Of a DNA stretch of 64,000 nucleotides, positions 1 through 10,580 are shown piece after piece; the first letter of the stretch is position 1, and every line of letters begins with the position of its first letter. Source of the stretch: Tubiluchus corallicola (lineage: Eukaryota; Animalia; Priapulida); assembly GCA_030141605.1 (NCBI GenBank), contig JAQGDQ010000113.1:372001-436000 (forward strand). The letters run 5' to 3'. The notes under the pieces were generated by a model. It had not been told where the DNA came from. It worked only from the letters and a program-made list of their open reading frames with translations, and searched no databases. Position numbers and translations under genes: made by a program.

Positions 1-85
1 CACTCTCACCAGCGAGCCATCATTGTTCTGATATTCAAGATACTTTTCAATTAGAAGGTATTGTAGAAATGTTATAAAAACTTAC

Positions 86-212
86 CATTAATTAGGAGCC
101 CATTTACCAAAAGAGAGCAGGTGAAAGATATCCAAGCATCTATTTCAGGTACTTGCTGCACAAACGCTGGTTCATCTGTTGCTTGGCAGGAATCGTTACT
201 GTTGCTTAGCAT
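86..212 (-). CDS. Possible first coding exon of a downstream gene (MLSNSNDSCQATDEPAFVQQVPEIDAWISFTCSLLVNGLLIN), possibly a membrane protein
   Basis: ATG-initiated 42-codon frame ending at a strong donor ATG|gtaagt (85), with acceptor ctcag at 222. A possible non-coding upstream exon has donor CAC|gtaagt at 939, next to an ETS-like ACTTCCG (981-987). Confidence 0.35.
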
Positions 213-461
213 TAATAAACACTGAGATGCATAAAATAGATGCTGTCAGGTATATTGATTACACCAGGTGAAAAAATCAATGTGCACCTATTCTAGAACT
301 ATGATAAATTAATTATCTTCTTGTGTCTACTTTTATACTTTGTAGGTTAATGCTCACCGCAGCTCATTCAAGAAAACTTGCACTGGCTTGAAAATAAGAT
401 AGTGCTCTTCTGAGACTTGCCATGGTCACAACTGTAAAAGAGACAAACTGCCCACTTAAAA

Positions 462-607
462 GTCTCAAAAATTTTATTTTTCACAGGAGCTTTCGTCCTT
501 CACAGACTTCGTCAGCTGAAATGTTCTTGTACGGCTTGATGTTCTCCCGTACAAGTAGATTTCAGCTGACGAAGTCCGTGAAGGACAAAAGCTCCTGTGA
601 AAAATAA
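462..607. mobile_element. Palindromic element made of two inverted hammerhead-like units (Penelope pLTR/retrozyme-like)
   Basis: ~60-bp near-perfect stem (474-534 / 547-607) with a 12-nt loop; shares GTCTCAAAAATT..TATTTTTC.CAG.AGCTTTCG with 30011-30214. Confidence 0.75.
481..520 (-). ncRNA. Minimal type I hammerhead ribozyme motif
   Basis: Minus strand: CAG-CUGACGA-A-GUCU-GUGAA-GGAC-GAAA-GC-UC-CUG. Intact core, 4-bp stem II, palindromic AGCU stem III and CAG/CUG stem I. Confidence 0.65.
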
Positions 608-1707
608 CAAATTCCACTATTTTAGCACCACCTTTTCTTGCTGACGGACAGCCTGACAGAAATTTGGGAAAACATTAACTAAAACTGTGTTTTTATTCGA
701 CTTAACTTAACCCAGCAATTTTATACACTATCATTTTACACAAAACAAATAGGTTATATTCCAGTGTGGAGTTAAAAATTGTTCAGTTTTTCAAAATTAT
801 GTTCAGTAACGCTACTGCGCAAGCTTTCTGGTTGGCAGGAATTTCATTTTTTGCACTTTGCAATTTCAGAATCAGCAGACAATTGCAAGAGGAAATACTC
901 TAACTTAAAAAATTCTTCTTGAGATTTTGTATCACTTACGTGCTGTCCAATGTGCAAACAGAGTCTGCGTTAGCAGCAACACTTCCGTGATGTGCGTTAG
1001 GTGCAGTTATTTTGACGGTATAGGGCATTTGAAACAAGCTTTGATAACATTACGTACAGTTTGAAAAATAGTCAGAGTGTTCGTAGTACACCTTCCTCTA
1101 ATTAAGAAAAAGCATAAATTACTTTGTCTTACCAGTAAGATCAATAATGCGTTGTCATTGTTGTTGCTTTTGTTAATCAGTAGTGCACACTGGGAAGGTG
1201 ATACAATGACGCTTTAATTACTACTTGGCATGAACATTTTAAATTATTAAGAATTTTCTTTTCCAATTGTAAATAAGTCTTTCAAAAAAGGTAAGCATAA
1301 TGCTAAGTAATCTAACGTTGCATGGAAAGTTTTTAGGGATATACTTTCAGGTAGATTCACTTGAGGATGAATGTAGACTAGTAGGATGTTTGTAACATGA
1401 ACCTCAGCGTGTTACTAGAACTTCATTTTATACAGTTTTAACAGTCTGCTAGTTAATCTATTTTGATGTGTTATCAATTTTGCTTTATTTTTACATATTT
1501 TATACCAATTTTGTTATTCATGAAGCCACAAAACGCCGCTACTGCATCAACGTTTCTAGATTGAGAATATCCTAACAGTCAAAAGTGCAATAATCTTATC
1601 TACTCTGCTGCAAGTGTGAGCTAATTATTGGTGAATATGCACTATAAGCGTAACAGTTTGGTCACATAATAGCTTACGGTGTTGTTATAAACGCAAAAGA
1701 AAAAGCG

Positions 1708-1964
1708 TTAATTAAATTTACGGAATAAACCTGCAAAAAGGTAATGGGAAAATTTGGAATGCAGCCTGGATTTGAAATAGGGATCTTCTGCCTATATTGT
1801 AGACGCATCAGACCACTATAGGCTACCACATTCCCGAGCGGTTAACGTAATCCAAAAGTTCATCCTAATACCTGGCTAGCCAAATACAGCATTTCCATGC
1901 TAGATCGGAGTACTGGAGTACTTATTACATTTCCCATCTTTGAAGTTTTGTATTTTAATTGTAG
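1708..1964. mobile_element. Inverted-repeat element containing a tRNA-like unit (1755-1834, minus strand)
   Basis: Acceptor stem GGAATGT/GCATTCC, A-box-like TAGCCTATAGTGG, B-box-like TTCAAATCC. Flanks ATGGGAAA/TTTCCCAT and TTAATTGTAG resemble 42209-42500. Confidence 0.55.
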
Positions 1965-2673
1965 AAGCACATTATTAGTAACAGTCTTGCCATTAAAATT
2001 ATAATAATTAATAGCTTACAATTTTTTGTTTCAGATGCCAGCTCAATTTTACATTTAGTTTTCACTTTTAGTCATTACTTTTTATCTGTATCTTTAAAAA
2101 GAATTTCTCATTAGCACAAATTTCGTGCTGACATCTGTTAGCAGACGTTGTAGTTGTCACTTAATGTTTTGCTGTCTCTATGTTTTGTACAGAATTAGGC
2201 CACTTGGCTTCCTCAGTGTAATATAGTGGTTTCTTCACACTAGAGAGCAAGTTGGGCATTTAAACAGATTTCGAACATCTTACGTGAATAGATTTTTACT
2301 TTCACTGTTTTCAGCGACGTTTATTATTTCTGTGTATATTTGGATTAATACAGAGTAGAATTTTACATCTAAAGCACTGGTTCCAGGAATTTATTTTTTC
2401 AGTCTACAACACTTCCAAGAGTCTGATTAATCTGCCAATGTCGACTGTCAACTCTACCAAATGTGCTGCATCTCCAGCTTCGCGACAGTTTAACAAGCAT
2501 GCGCTGCCAGCGGCGTTGTACTGACTGGATTTTGCTTGTAGTTTATTAGTAAATCACAAGTAACTTTTCTAATGAGCAGCATAGGCTTGAAAGTCATAAA
2601 ACATGGTTTTTTTATTTGTTTGAAGTCACTTCAAGTAAAATCACTGGTAGAGGATGTTAAATCACTTCATTAG

Positions 2674-2679
2674 TTTATT
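2674..2679 (-). terminator. Candidate polyadenylation signal for IQSEC (~1.3-kb 3' UTR)
   Basis: AATAAA on the minus strand at the end of a U-rich stretch. Alternative AATAAA hexamers lie near 3223, 2611 and 2543. Confidence 0.4.
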
Positions 2680-3973
2680 TTGTATGCACGATTATTAAAC
2701 AAAAGACAAAAGTAACAAATTACGTCACCCATAAAGGGGCAATTGTCTTAATATAGCATTTTCATAAATGTATCAGTTGGTTGAAAATACAAAAATTATT
2801 AACATACAAAACAATTTGAAAGCAAAAGATTAATTTTTAGAAAACACAATTCAGTGTAAAGAAATTGTGCCATTTCAACTGTGCTCAGAAAGTCATTCAT
2901 TGCTTTTTTTGTAAAAGAAAATAGCTTTGTGCATTACTCATGATTGAACATAGGTGCTTTAACTATGAGCTAAGAAAAAAATTGCTAATAAAACACCCTG
3001 GATTATATTTCTGCTGGTACCACAATTCTTAATCAACCCACTAGTGGTTTTCCTCAAGATAAGTATTTACATTCACATATATCTATAAAAAGTTTCAACT
3101 TGAATTTAAGTACAAATTTGTGCATTTGTTCAGTCCAGTCATTGGAAATTTAACAAAATGTCTTTGTAGCCAAATTTTTTAAACCACTTGGTCAACTAAA
3201 CTAGGAAAAATCTGGCCAAAATTTTATTATACTGACAATTATCAATTATTTAGAAAACAAAGTCCTATTACATTATAATCTATGTACAGTTTTTCACTAG
3301 GGTTGCATGCATATTAGTTAACAAGAATTTAAATCAAAACTGTATATTACAAAATTTTAAGATACACTGACACTTAGCTTAGACTTACTCTAAGTTCACT
3401 AAACACGCATATTTAGGCTATCTTCTGTACTGTACAAGATAAATATAAATTAAAATTAATAATACAATGCTAACAAATAATCAGTACCTGCAATAATTTA
3501 CACCATTTACTAAACAATCAGGAGACTAGGGTCTGAAAATTCAATATTTTTCTATATACTAAAAACATAAATTAGTAAGCAGGGCTTAGTACATTTTATG
3601 TAGCTACATAGGCTGAGCTTAGTACATTTTTACGTAGCTGTATCACTGAAAAGTTCTTAACAAGAGATAATCACAAACATAATGATTCTTCCTGATGTCA
3701 ATGATGAAAAAAATGAATGTCTGGCGCTGAACACAGAAATTTCAGTTGCTACGGAAGTATGGTCCAACCAGATTCACCAATATTGGTAAAGGATCTACAC
3801 ATGTCCCAGATCAATCCTGACAAGGAAACAGTTCAAACTTGAAAGAAATTGACCTTCTTTAATCAATTAACACTAATAATATTGTTTTAATGATGCTTCC
3901 TTTAATTAAGATTTAAACATGCCACAGGAGTGAAACACTTGTTCTGTTTTCCAACAACAGTTTCCAACAGAAC

Positions 3974-4201
3974 TTAGACCTCAGTGCTGTCCGTTGTCAC
4001 ACTTTTTACATCCTGCTTCGAATCCGTCACGGCGAGTTGAGGAGGCGGCGCTGTGAGAGATGGACATGGGGAGAATCTGTCCTTCTCTTTCTTAGCAAAT
4101 ATTCCCCCAAATTTAAAAGACGGGTTAGGCGACTTTCCGGCAGCGTTCTGTTTACTGGTTTGTGGTGAGGAATCACGACTTATTGAACTGGTTGTAGACG
4201 A
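3974..4201 (-). CDS. IQSEC: IQSEC terminal exon ending in class I PDZ-binding motif STEV
   Basis: tttcttttcttgcag|SSTTSSISRD...VTTDSTEV TAA. Confidence 0.9.
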   Translation of the reverse strand, partial: SSTTSSISRDSSPQTSKQNAAGKSPNPSFKFGGIFAKKEKDRFSPCPSLTAPPPQLAVTDSKQDVKSVTTDSTEV

Positions 4202-4480
4202 CTGCAAGAAAAGAAAATAATCATGAGAGACGCGTGACAATGAAATATTAATTTTGCTTTACATATATATCATAAATAAAAGAGTAACCAAAGTCTGATA
4301 CATTGAAAACACACTGCAATTATCAAGAAAAGGCAAAGATATATATATATTTCACAAAGCATTTATCAGTCAAATGAACCAACAGAACTGCATCTGACAC
4401 AATTGTTTTATTTTTTATTAAAACGCTGTTATTTTGTTGTTACTTTTTAAATTGGAGTATTTTTGTCGGTGACTACTCAC

Positions 4481-4530
4481 CATCCCGCTATCCAGTGACC
4501 CCGCACTGCCTCTTCTCTTTAACTTTCCAC
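4481..4530 (-). CDS. IQSEC: IQSEC exon 12 (50-nt micro-exon)
   Basis: ctttag|GT GKLKRRGSAGSLDSGM|gtgagt; resembles vertebrate RRSSAGSLES; bridges phase 1 to phase 0. Confidence 0.9.
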
Positions 4531-4771
4531 CTAAAGTCAAACAAGAATATATTTAAACCAAACGATTAAAAAGAACAACTAATTCGCGTTTTGCTTAAAC
4601 TAACATCAATCTATGCAGTGAAGATTTCTTGTCTTGCTGATATTGCATGCTTGATGTATTCTGCACTCAAAAATGAATGACACGAAATATTAAACGTTTC
4701 TGCATTTGTTTAAGCAAATATTCAACAGCACATTTAATATATTTTCTGCTGAGCTACGAAACCATTATTAC

Positions 4772-4994
4772 CTTGATCAGCAAGATCAAGTAAAGAGTTA
4801 GACAAAGCCGATCTCTTTAAGTGACCGCTGTCCACACTCAATCTGTCAGGAGCGCTGGCTCGAGATTCTAAAGATTCTCCATCTTCAACAACACCGGAAT
4901 CACGGCTGGACAGATAATCTTTGTTCCTGTTATTGCGTGACATTTTGTGCTTCTGGAGCTCATCGTCTATCCTTAATGACTCCATTTCGTCCAT
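4772..4994 (-). CDS. IQSEC: IQSEC exon 11 (post-PH coiled coil and tail)
   Basis: ttacag|MDEMESLRIDDELQKHK...LKRSALSNSLLDLADQ G|gtaata; resembles the IQSEC motif LKRSALSSSLRDLS. Confidence 0.93.
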
Positions 4995-5574
4995 CTGTAA
5001 CAAAAAAGATGTGCCACATAAGAATGCTGCATTTCAGATCAACTAAACAACCTTGTATAGAGTAGTGCAGTCACATCTGGGCTGTGCTTCAGTTTGTTAC
5101 CTTAACCCACTTGAAAATCGGTTGTTACAATGAGGATCTCTTATCGCAACTTCTAGACAGTTTCCTGGCCTTCATTTATTGGTTCTTAAATGTCGACCAA
5201 TTGCTTGTAGTATTTACTTTTCTGGTATCGTATTTGGACACCCTTAGATGCAAAACAACAGCTTACCAATTCAATTTTTTCCTTATCTAAATAATTCTTT
5301 ACCAGAAAATTGTCTCCCCGAAAATGACAGCCTTATCCGATTTGAGAAGAGCATCAACAAATATGTCCTACCATTATCGCAACTTTGTTTTATGATTTTT
5401 GAGATATTACTACATGGAAATAGACAGGTGCAATGAAACATCTTACAAAGACCCAACTCTGCTTGAATGGATGGAAATACAACAGGATGAAATTATGTAA
5501 CATTGCAACACCACCAACAGACCAAAATAAAGAAAAACAGTTACACTTCATAACTAACTGCAATTGGATCTTAC

Positions 5575-5696
5575 CTCACATATAGATTCTCGCAGGTCCT
5601 CCGTAAATTTTGACCGATCATGCTCATTTCTCGCATTGAATATAATCAAAACCTTGTTGTCGAGTGCCTGTATCAACTTTAATCCATTCTGATAGT
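5575..5696 (-). CDS. IQSEC: IQSEC exon 10 (end of PH domain)
   Basis: tttcag|[42 protein letters not shown]|gtaaga. Confidence 0.96.
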
Positions 5697-6391
5697 CTGA
5701 AATCATAGGAAAAATATGACAGTTCTCCTGAGGCTTGGCATCTTTAACACAAATAAAATGTTGAAAGCCATTTAGAGACCTACTCGAGTCTCGATATAGA
5801 TATCAAATTATACGTTAAAAGAATAAATAATGTATTTTAAGACTATAAAGGGTATTCACTATTCAATGTTATTCATCTTAATTTGTCGTTCTACTGATAA
5901 GCAAATGAAAATTAAAAATCAAGAAACTAAATTTTGAAAGAGACGTCTGTATTTATTAAACATTGCAAGTACGATGCTAAATTGAGTATACAAGATTGTT
6001 TCAATATTAACTAATAGGTGTCTCCACTAGCTAATTCATTTTCATTGTCAAAGCATCATACTAGAGATTATACGGTAAGTGTTATGGGGATTGGTGGCTA
6101 TTTTTGTAAATCTACATCTCTCAATTAAGTAAGGAATTTTGTACCTGCCTTCATACAAGATTTTTGAACTTGTTTTTAAACAAATAAAAAATTATATAAT
6201 TTTATATACGAGTTGGCTATTCTACCTTATAGTACAGTTTATCCTCGCATATACCTTTTCGATAAGTTAGGTTACATTTAGATAATTATTATGTTTATAA
6301 ATACATATGTGGTGAAACTGTAAGAATGTGACATGTTCTAATGTGAACATTGCAAGAAACGTCTGAAAACATCACCAACAGTGTTACTTAC

Positions 6392-6491
6392 AGCTGTTTT
6401 CAAATGTGTTGACTTGCATGCCACACAGAGGGAAAGACTGTCGGTAGCTGTATGTTACTGCTCCCTTCTTCTTTGTGAATATTTTGGTTAT
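6392..6491 (-). CDS. IQSEC: IQSEC exon 9 (PH domain)
   Basis: tttgcag|[34 protein letters not shown]|gtaagt. Confidence 0.96.
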
Positions 6492-6697
6492 CTGCAAAAA
6501 AGGTATAACAAAACTGACACAGTATAAAAACTTTGCCAAAATTGTGTCTCCAAATTGCAAAGGCTAACTAATTTTAAACATAAAAATTAATCAATTTAAG
6601 ATAAAAAATGATAAAATTACAGTAACAAAACTTGCGAAAAATAATTTACATGATTTTAACAACAGCCTAATTACTTCAGGCATTTCGTAACACTCAC

Positions 6698-6823
6698 CAC
6701 TATCAAATCATTGAAGAGGAACACTTCACGTTGATGAAGACCAGGTTTTTCTCGTTTGTTTATGTCTGGCACTTCATAAAGGCGGCAATAGCAAACGAGT
6801 CTCCGATGCGGCAATGCCAAAAT
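6698..6823 (-). CDS. IQSEC: IQSEC exon 8 (PH domain)
   Basis: ctgtag|[42 protein letters not shown]|gtgagt. Confidence 0.97.
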
Positions 6824-7034
6824 CTACAGTAGAAATTTGACAGATTTAATGGTAATGATTTCAATGCAGTGAATGCTATGATAAAAGAAATGGTTTAGTG
6901 GACCTATGACAAACCTGACACCTTGAAAATTTAGCACAGCAACAAATAAGAAGCACCGTGAGAAATATGCTCAACTCAAACAAGCACAAAGAAAAAATTT
7001 CTAAAAGGTTCTTTTCTACAAAATAAAGTTTAAG

Positions 7035-7990
7035 CCAAGCTTTCAAGTTGCACACTTACAAGATAAAGTAGCTGTCAAGCTGTACACTTACAAAATAAAG
7101 TCGCTGCCAAGGTGTACACTTGCAAGATAAAGTCACTGTCAAGCTGTTCACTTACAATATAAAGTCACTGTCAAGCTGTACACTTACAAAATAAAGTTGC
7201 TGTACACTTACGAGATTTGTCAAGCTGCACACTTGCAAGATAAAGTCACTGTCAAGCTGTACACTTACAAAATAAAGTTACTGTCAAGCTGTACACTTAC
7301 AAGATAAAGTTGTTGTCAAGCTGCACACTTGCAAGATAAAGTCACTGTCAAGCTGTACACTTACAAAATAAAGTCGCTGCCAAGCTGTACACTTGCAAGA
7401 TAAAGTCACTGTCAAGCTGTTCACTTACAATATAAAGTCACTGTCAAGCTGTACACTTACAAAATAAAGTTGCTGTCAAGCTGTACACTTACGAGATTTG
7501 TCAAGCTGCACACTTGCAAGATAAAGTCACTGTCAAGCTGTACACTTACAAAATAAAGTTGCTGTCAAGCTGTACACTTACGAGATAAAGTTGTTGTCAA
7601 GCTGCACACTTGCAAGATAAAGTCACTGTCAAGCTGCACACTTGCAAGATAAAGTCACTGTCAAGGTGTGCACTTACAGGATAAAGACACTGTCAAGTTG
7701 CACGCACACTTACAAACTAAAGTCACTGTCAAGCTGTACACTTACGAGATAAAGTTGTTGTCAAGCTCTATGCTTACAAGATAAAGTCGCTGTCAAGCTG
7801 TACACTTACAAAATAAAGTCTTTGTCAAGTTGTTCCCTTACAAAATGAAATAATAGTCGTACTCCTACAAGGCAGAATCATTGTCAAGCTGTCTTTACAA
7901 AATAACATTGCTGTCAAGTTGTACACTAAATAGGGTTAAGCCATTTTCAAACTGTACTTTTACAAGATAAAGTTGTTCTCAAGCTGTACC
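7035..7990. repeat. 32-bp minisatellite (~30 units) in IQSEC intron 7
   Basis: Consensus GTACACTTACAAGATAAAGTCACTGTCAAGCT; period 32 (7082, 7114); degenerates toward 7990. Confidence 0.95.
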
Positions 7991-8003
7991 AACTCAGACT
8001 TAC

Positions 8004-8143
8004 CGGTTTCTTGCCTACTATCGTCTGTTCAACCTTCATCACTTGACTACAGTGATCCAATGCAGATTTAAGCTCACAGTTTTTGATCCGTTCATAGATT
8101 CCTCTTAACATATCCTCTTCTAGGTCATGACCATCATCAATGC
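8004..8143 (-). CDS. IQSEC: IQSEC exon 7 (end of Sec7, linker)
   Basis: ttatag|GC IDDGHDLEEDMLRGIYERIK...DHCSQVMKVEQTIVGKKP|gtaagt. Confidence 0.96.
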
Positions 8144-8609
8144 CTATAAAAATGTTTTTTATTTTTATTTATTTACCCTTTTAGCATTACAGTAAATCCA
8201 ATCACAATATTCTGTTGATAATTTCGGTAATGTCTACATAGCAGTGCTATGAGCTTAGACCTTCATATCAATAATATTTGCCATAGTCACACATCATATC
8301 AGTAAATCATGCACTGAAATTTCTTATAGTGAGTGGAAAAAAGTAACTTGCTGGGATTACACGACAGATACCTCAGTTACTATAGCAAGATTAACGACTA
8401 AAAAAATCGACAAGACTTTTATAAAGAAAATAACACTGTCAGACACATAGTATGCCAAAATATTATAATTGAAGCTAACTTACAAATTGATATAGCAACA
8501 AAAATTTGCTAGAAAAGTAGTTTGGTAAAAAATTGGCTACATTATACATTCACGGACTATGCTAAACAGTAATAAATCTAAACAGAGTTCTTGTGAATTC
8601 CTCACTTAC

Positions 8610-8817
8610 CGCCTAAATTTTTGATGAAATCTTCAACTTTCATCTTTCGTTCTAGTTTCACATTTGGACTGTGAAGGTCAGTGTTGAGCATGATGATACC
8701 GAATGCGAGAATGAACACAGTATCAGAACTGTGCAGCTTGCATACAATGCTCGGGTTACACACGCAGTACCGCTGCCCGAACGCTTCCATTAATCTTTCA
8801 ATCTTCTGTGCTTCCCC
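8610..8817 (-). CDS. IQSEC: IQSEC exon 6 (Sec7 catalytic glutamic finger and motif 2)
   Basis: ttttag|[18 protein letters not shown]...[23 protein letters not shown]...FIKNLG G|gtaagt. Confidence 0.97.
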
Positions 8818-8846
8818 CTAAAAAGGAAAACCACTGCTCTATACAT

Positions 8847-9125
8847 CGTGATCAGACGGTTTAGTCTAGTGATAATGTGTCCGCTTTCTGCCTGGGAGAT
8901 TGTGAGTTCGATACTGTGGTCAGGTCATAGCAAAGACTTTAAAAATGGTATCTGCTGTTGACCAACCTGGTGCGTGGTATTTAGGGTAAAAGTGGGGTAA
9001 TAATAATCTCTCTGTTATGTAGGTGTACAATTGTTGTTTACAGACGGAAAAAAGCTCATGAGCCCATGTTAATTTTTATTCAAAAAGCTGACATTAAATA
9101 AATATTATTATTATTACTATTATTA

Positions 9126-9160
<35 letters not shown>
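8847..9160 (+). mobile_element. Full-length tRNA-derived SINE (Meta-SINE-like core) with (TAT)n tail
   Basis: A box TAGTCTAGTGAT, B box AGTTCGATAC, core GGTCATAGCAAAGACTTTAAAAATGGTA, (TAT)n tail and candidate TSD TATACAT (8840-8846 / 9161-9167). Confidence 0.75.
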
Positions 9161-9164
<4 letters not shown>

Positions 9165-9345
9165 CATGTCTTTCAAACTTCATTAAAAAGTAACAACAAA
9201 TCGTCCGCATGTTGTAACTCTTTTAGTGCTAGATGAAAAGTTTTTACTGGCTAATTACCACACATGGAAAACTGTTTCAAGAACTGACAACTAGACTGTA
9301 AATTGGCAGGAACTTTACAATGATATGGTAAAAAAGATTTCTTAC

Positions 9346-9427
9346 CGGTAATCGAAAGTATGACTGAAATTTCCTAAGTGCCGTGTCCACCTCCAAATTT
9401 GACAGATCAATTTCGTCAACAAATGCA
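9346..9427 (-). CDS. IQSEC: IQSEC exon 5 (Sec7)
   Basis: attccag|T AFVDEIDLSNLEVDTALRKFQSYFRLP|gtaaga. Confidence 0.95.
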
Positions 9428-10132
9428 CTGGAATTAAAATGTACATGATTGTACAAAAAATGAAAAAAAGTTTAGAGGGCAAAATGCTGCCATCTTTCAC
9501 ACAAGAACAATACTTTGAAACCACAGACAGGACACTACAGTAATGTAATGTGATCAATTCATTCTTCAGAAATGGTAATGGCATAGTACTGAAGCATGAG
9601 CAGATATAACCACATGTACTAATTTGAATTATAAAAAATTCTGTAAGATATTCATAATTCATACTTTACCTACGCCACCATAAGGTGATTCTTACACCAT
9701 CTATTTGCTTATCGTAAAGTTGTGTAAATTTGCTAAAAAAATTTGTTGTTTTTTAACAGAAGCAAATTTCAGTTATAATAGAATTTATAGCACAACATTG
9801 TCACATAATGTATGTATATCTATGCAATATGTAGCTGTCAATCATAGCTCTACTAAACTGCAAAATTTTTAATGTTCTGTTGACTTTAATAACATTAGGA
9901 TGTCTACCATACCTCTAGAGATCTGCTTTAATTTGCTCTTCCTATGTCAATATTTGTGTTCAATTTTGATTCGAGAAGATTAATCAAATTACGGGAATTG
10001 CCAGCGAGTGAAAATTTTTATAACAAGTTTTATATTTTTATTATAGACTAATGCATACATAAGCTCAGATTGCTTAACCATTTATGTAATTATCATAACA
10101 ATTAAGTTCATAAAATGAATGAGCATGCTTAC

Positions 10133-10294
10133 TCAAGAACTTGTTGAGCAAAATCACTCTGTAAATTTCCCAGAAACTCTCCTATCTTCTGCTTGCTAAG
10201 GCCTTTACGTGTGATGAGAAACTTTGCTATTGGCTGTGGACTGTAATCCACGAACCGGTGTTCCACGAGGTACCGGATACCCCTTTCAGGCTTC
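10133..10294 (-). CDS. IQSEC: IQSEC exon 4 (Sec7)
   Basis: ttgcag|G KPERGIRYLVEHRF...LITRKGLSKQKIGEFLGNLQ...VL GA|gtaagc. Confidence 0.96.
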
Positions 10295-10454
10295 CTGCAA
10301 CAGATAAAGCACATTTATTTCATGAACAGGACACAGTTCAAATATTTGCAATGCAATCCCATCAACAATAATTATTGGTGAACTATGACAGAGAGTGGTT
10401 AGGCCATCAGCACACAGGTTTCAGTCATGTTTTAATCATGCTGGAACATTGCAA

Positions 10455-10580
10455 AATACCAGGTTGTTCATAGACCATTGCAGTTTATTTCACAACAATT
10501 ATTATCTATTGCAGAAAATGAATTGCATAAAGAAAGGAATTGCAAAATAAACTGCAATGGTTTATAAACATTCTGGCATT
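10455..10580. repeat. ~40-bp-arm inverted repeat (MITE-like hairpin)
   Basis: CCAGGTTGTTCATAGACCATTGCAGTTTATTT pairs with AAATAAACTGCAATGGTTTATAAACATTCTGG. Confidence 0.7.

Noticed and set aside
3900-3976. Stop-codon readthrough of IQSEC
   Set aside because: TAA-G is a poor readthrough context, and extension would mask the PDZ ligand.
7035-7990. CRISPR-like array of 32-bp repeats
   Set aside because: Units are head-to-tail with no unique spacers, there are no cas genes, and the array is in a eukaryotic intron.
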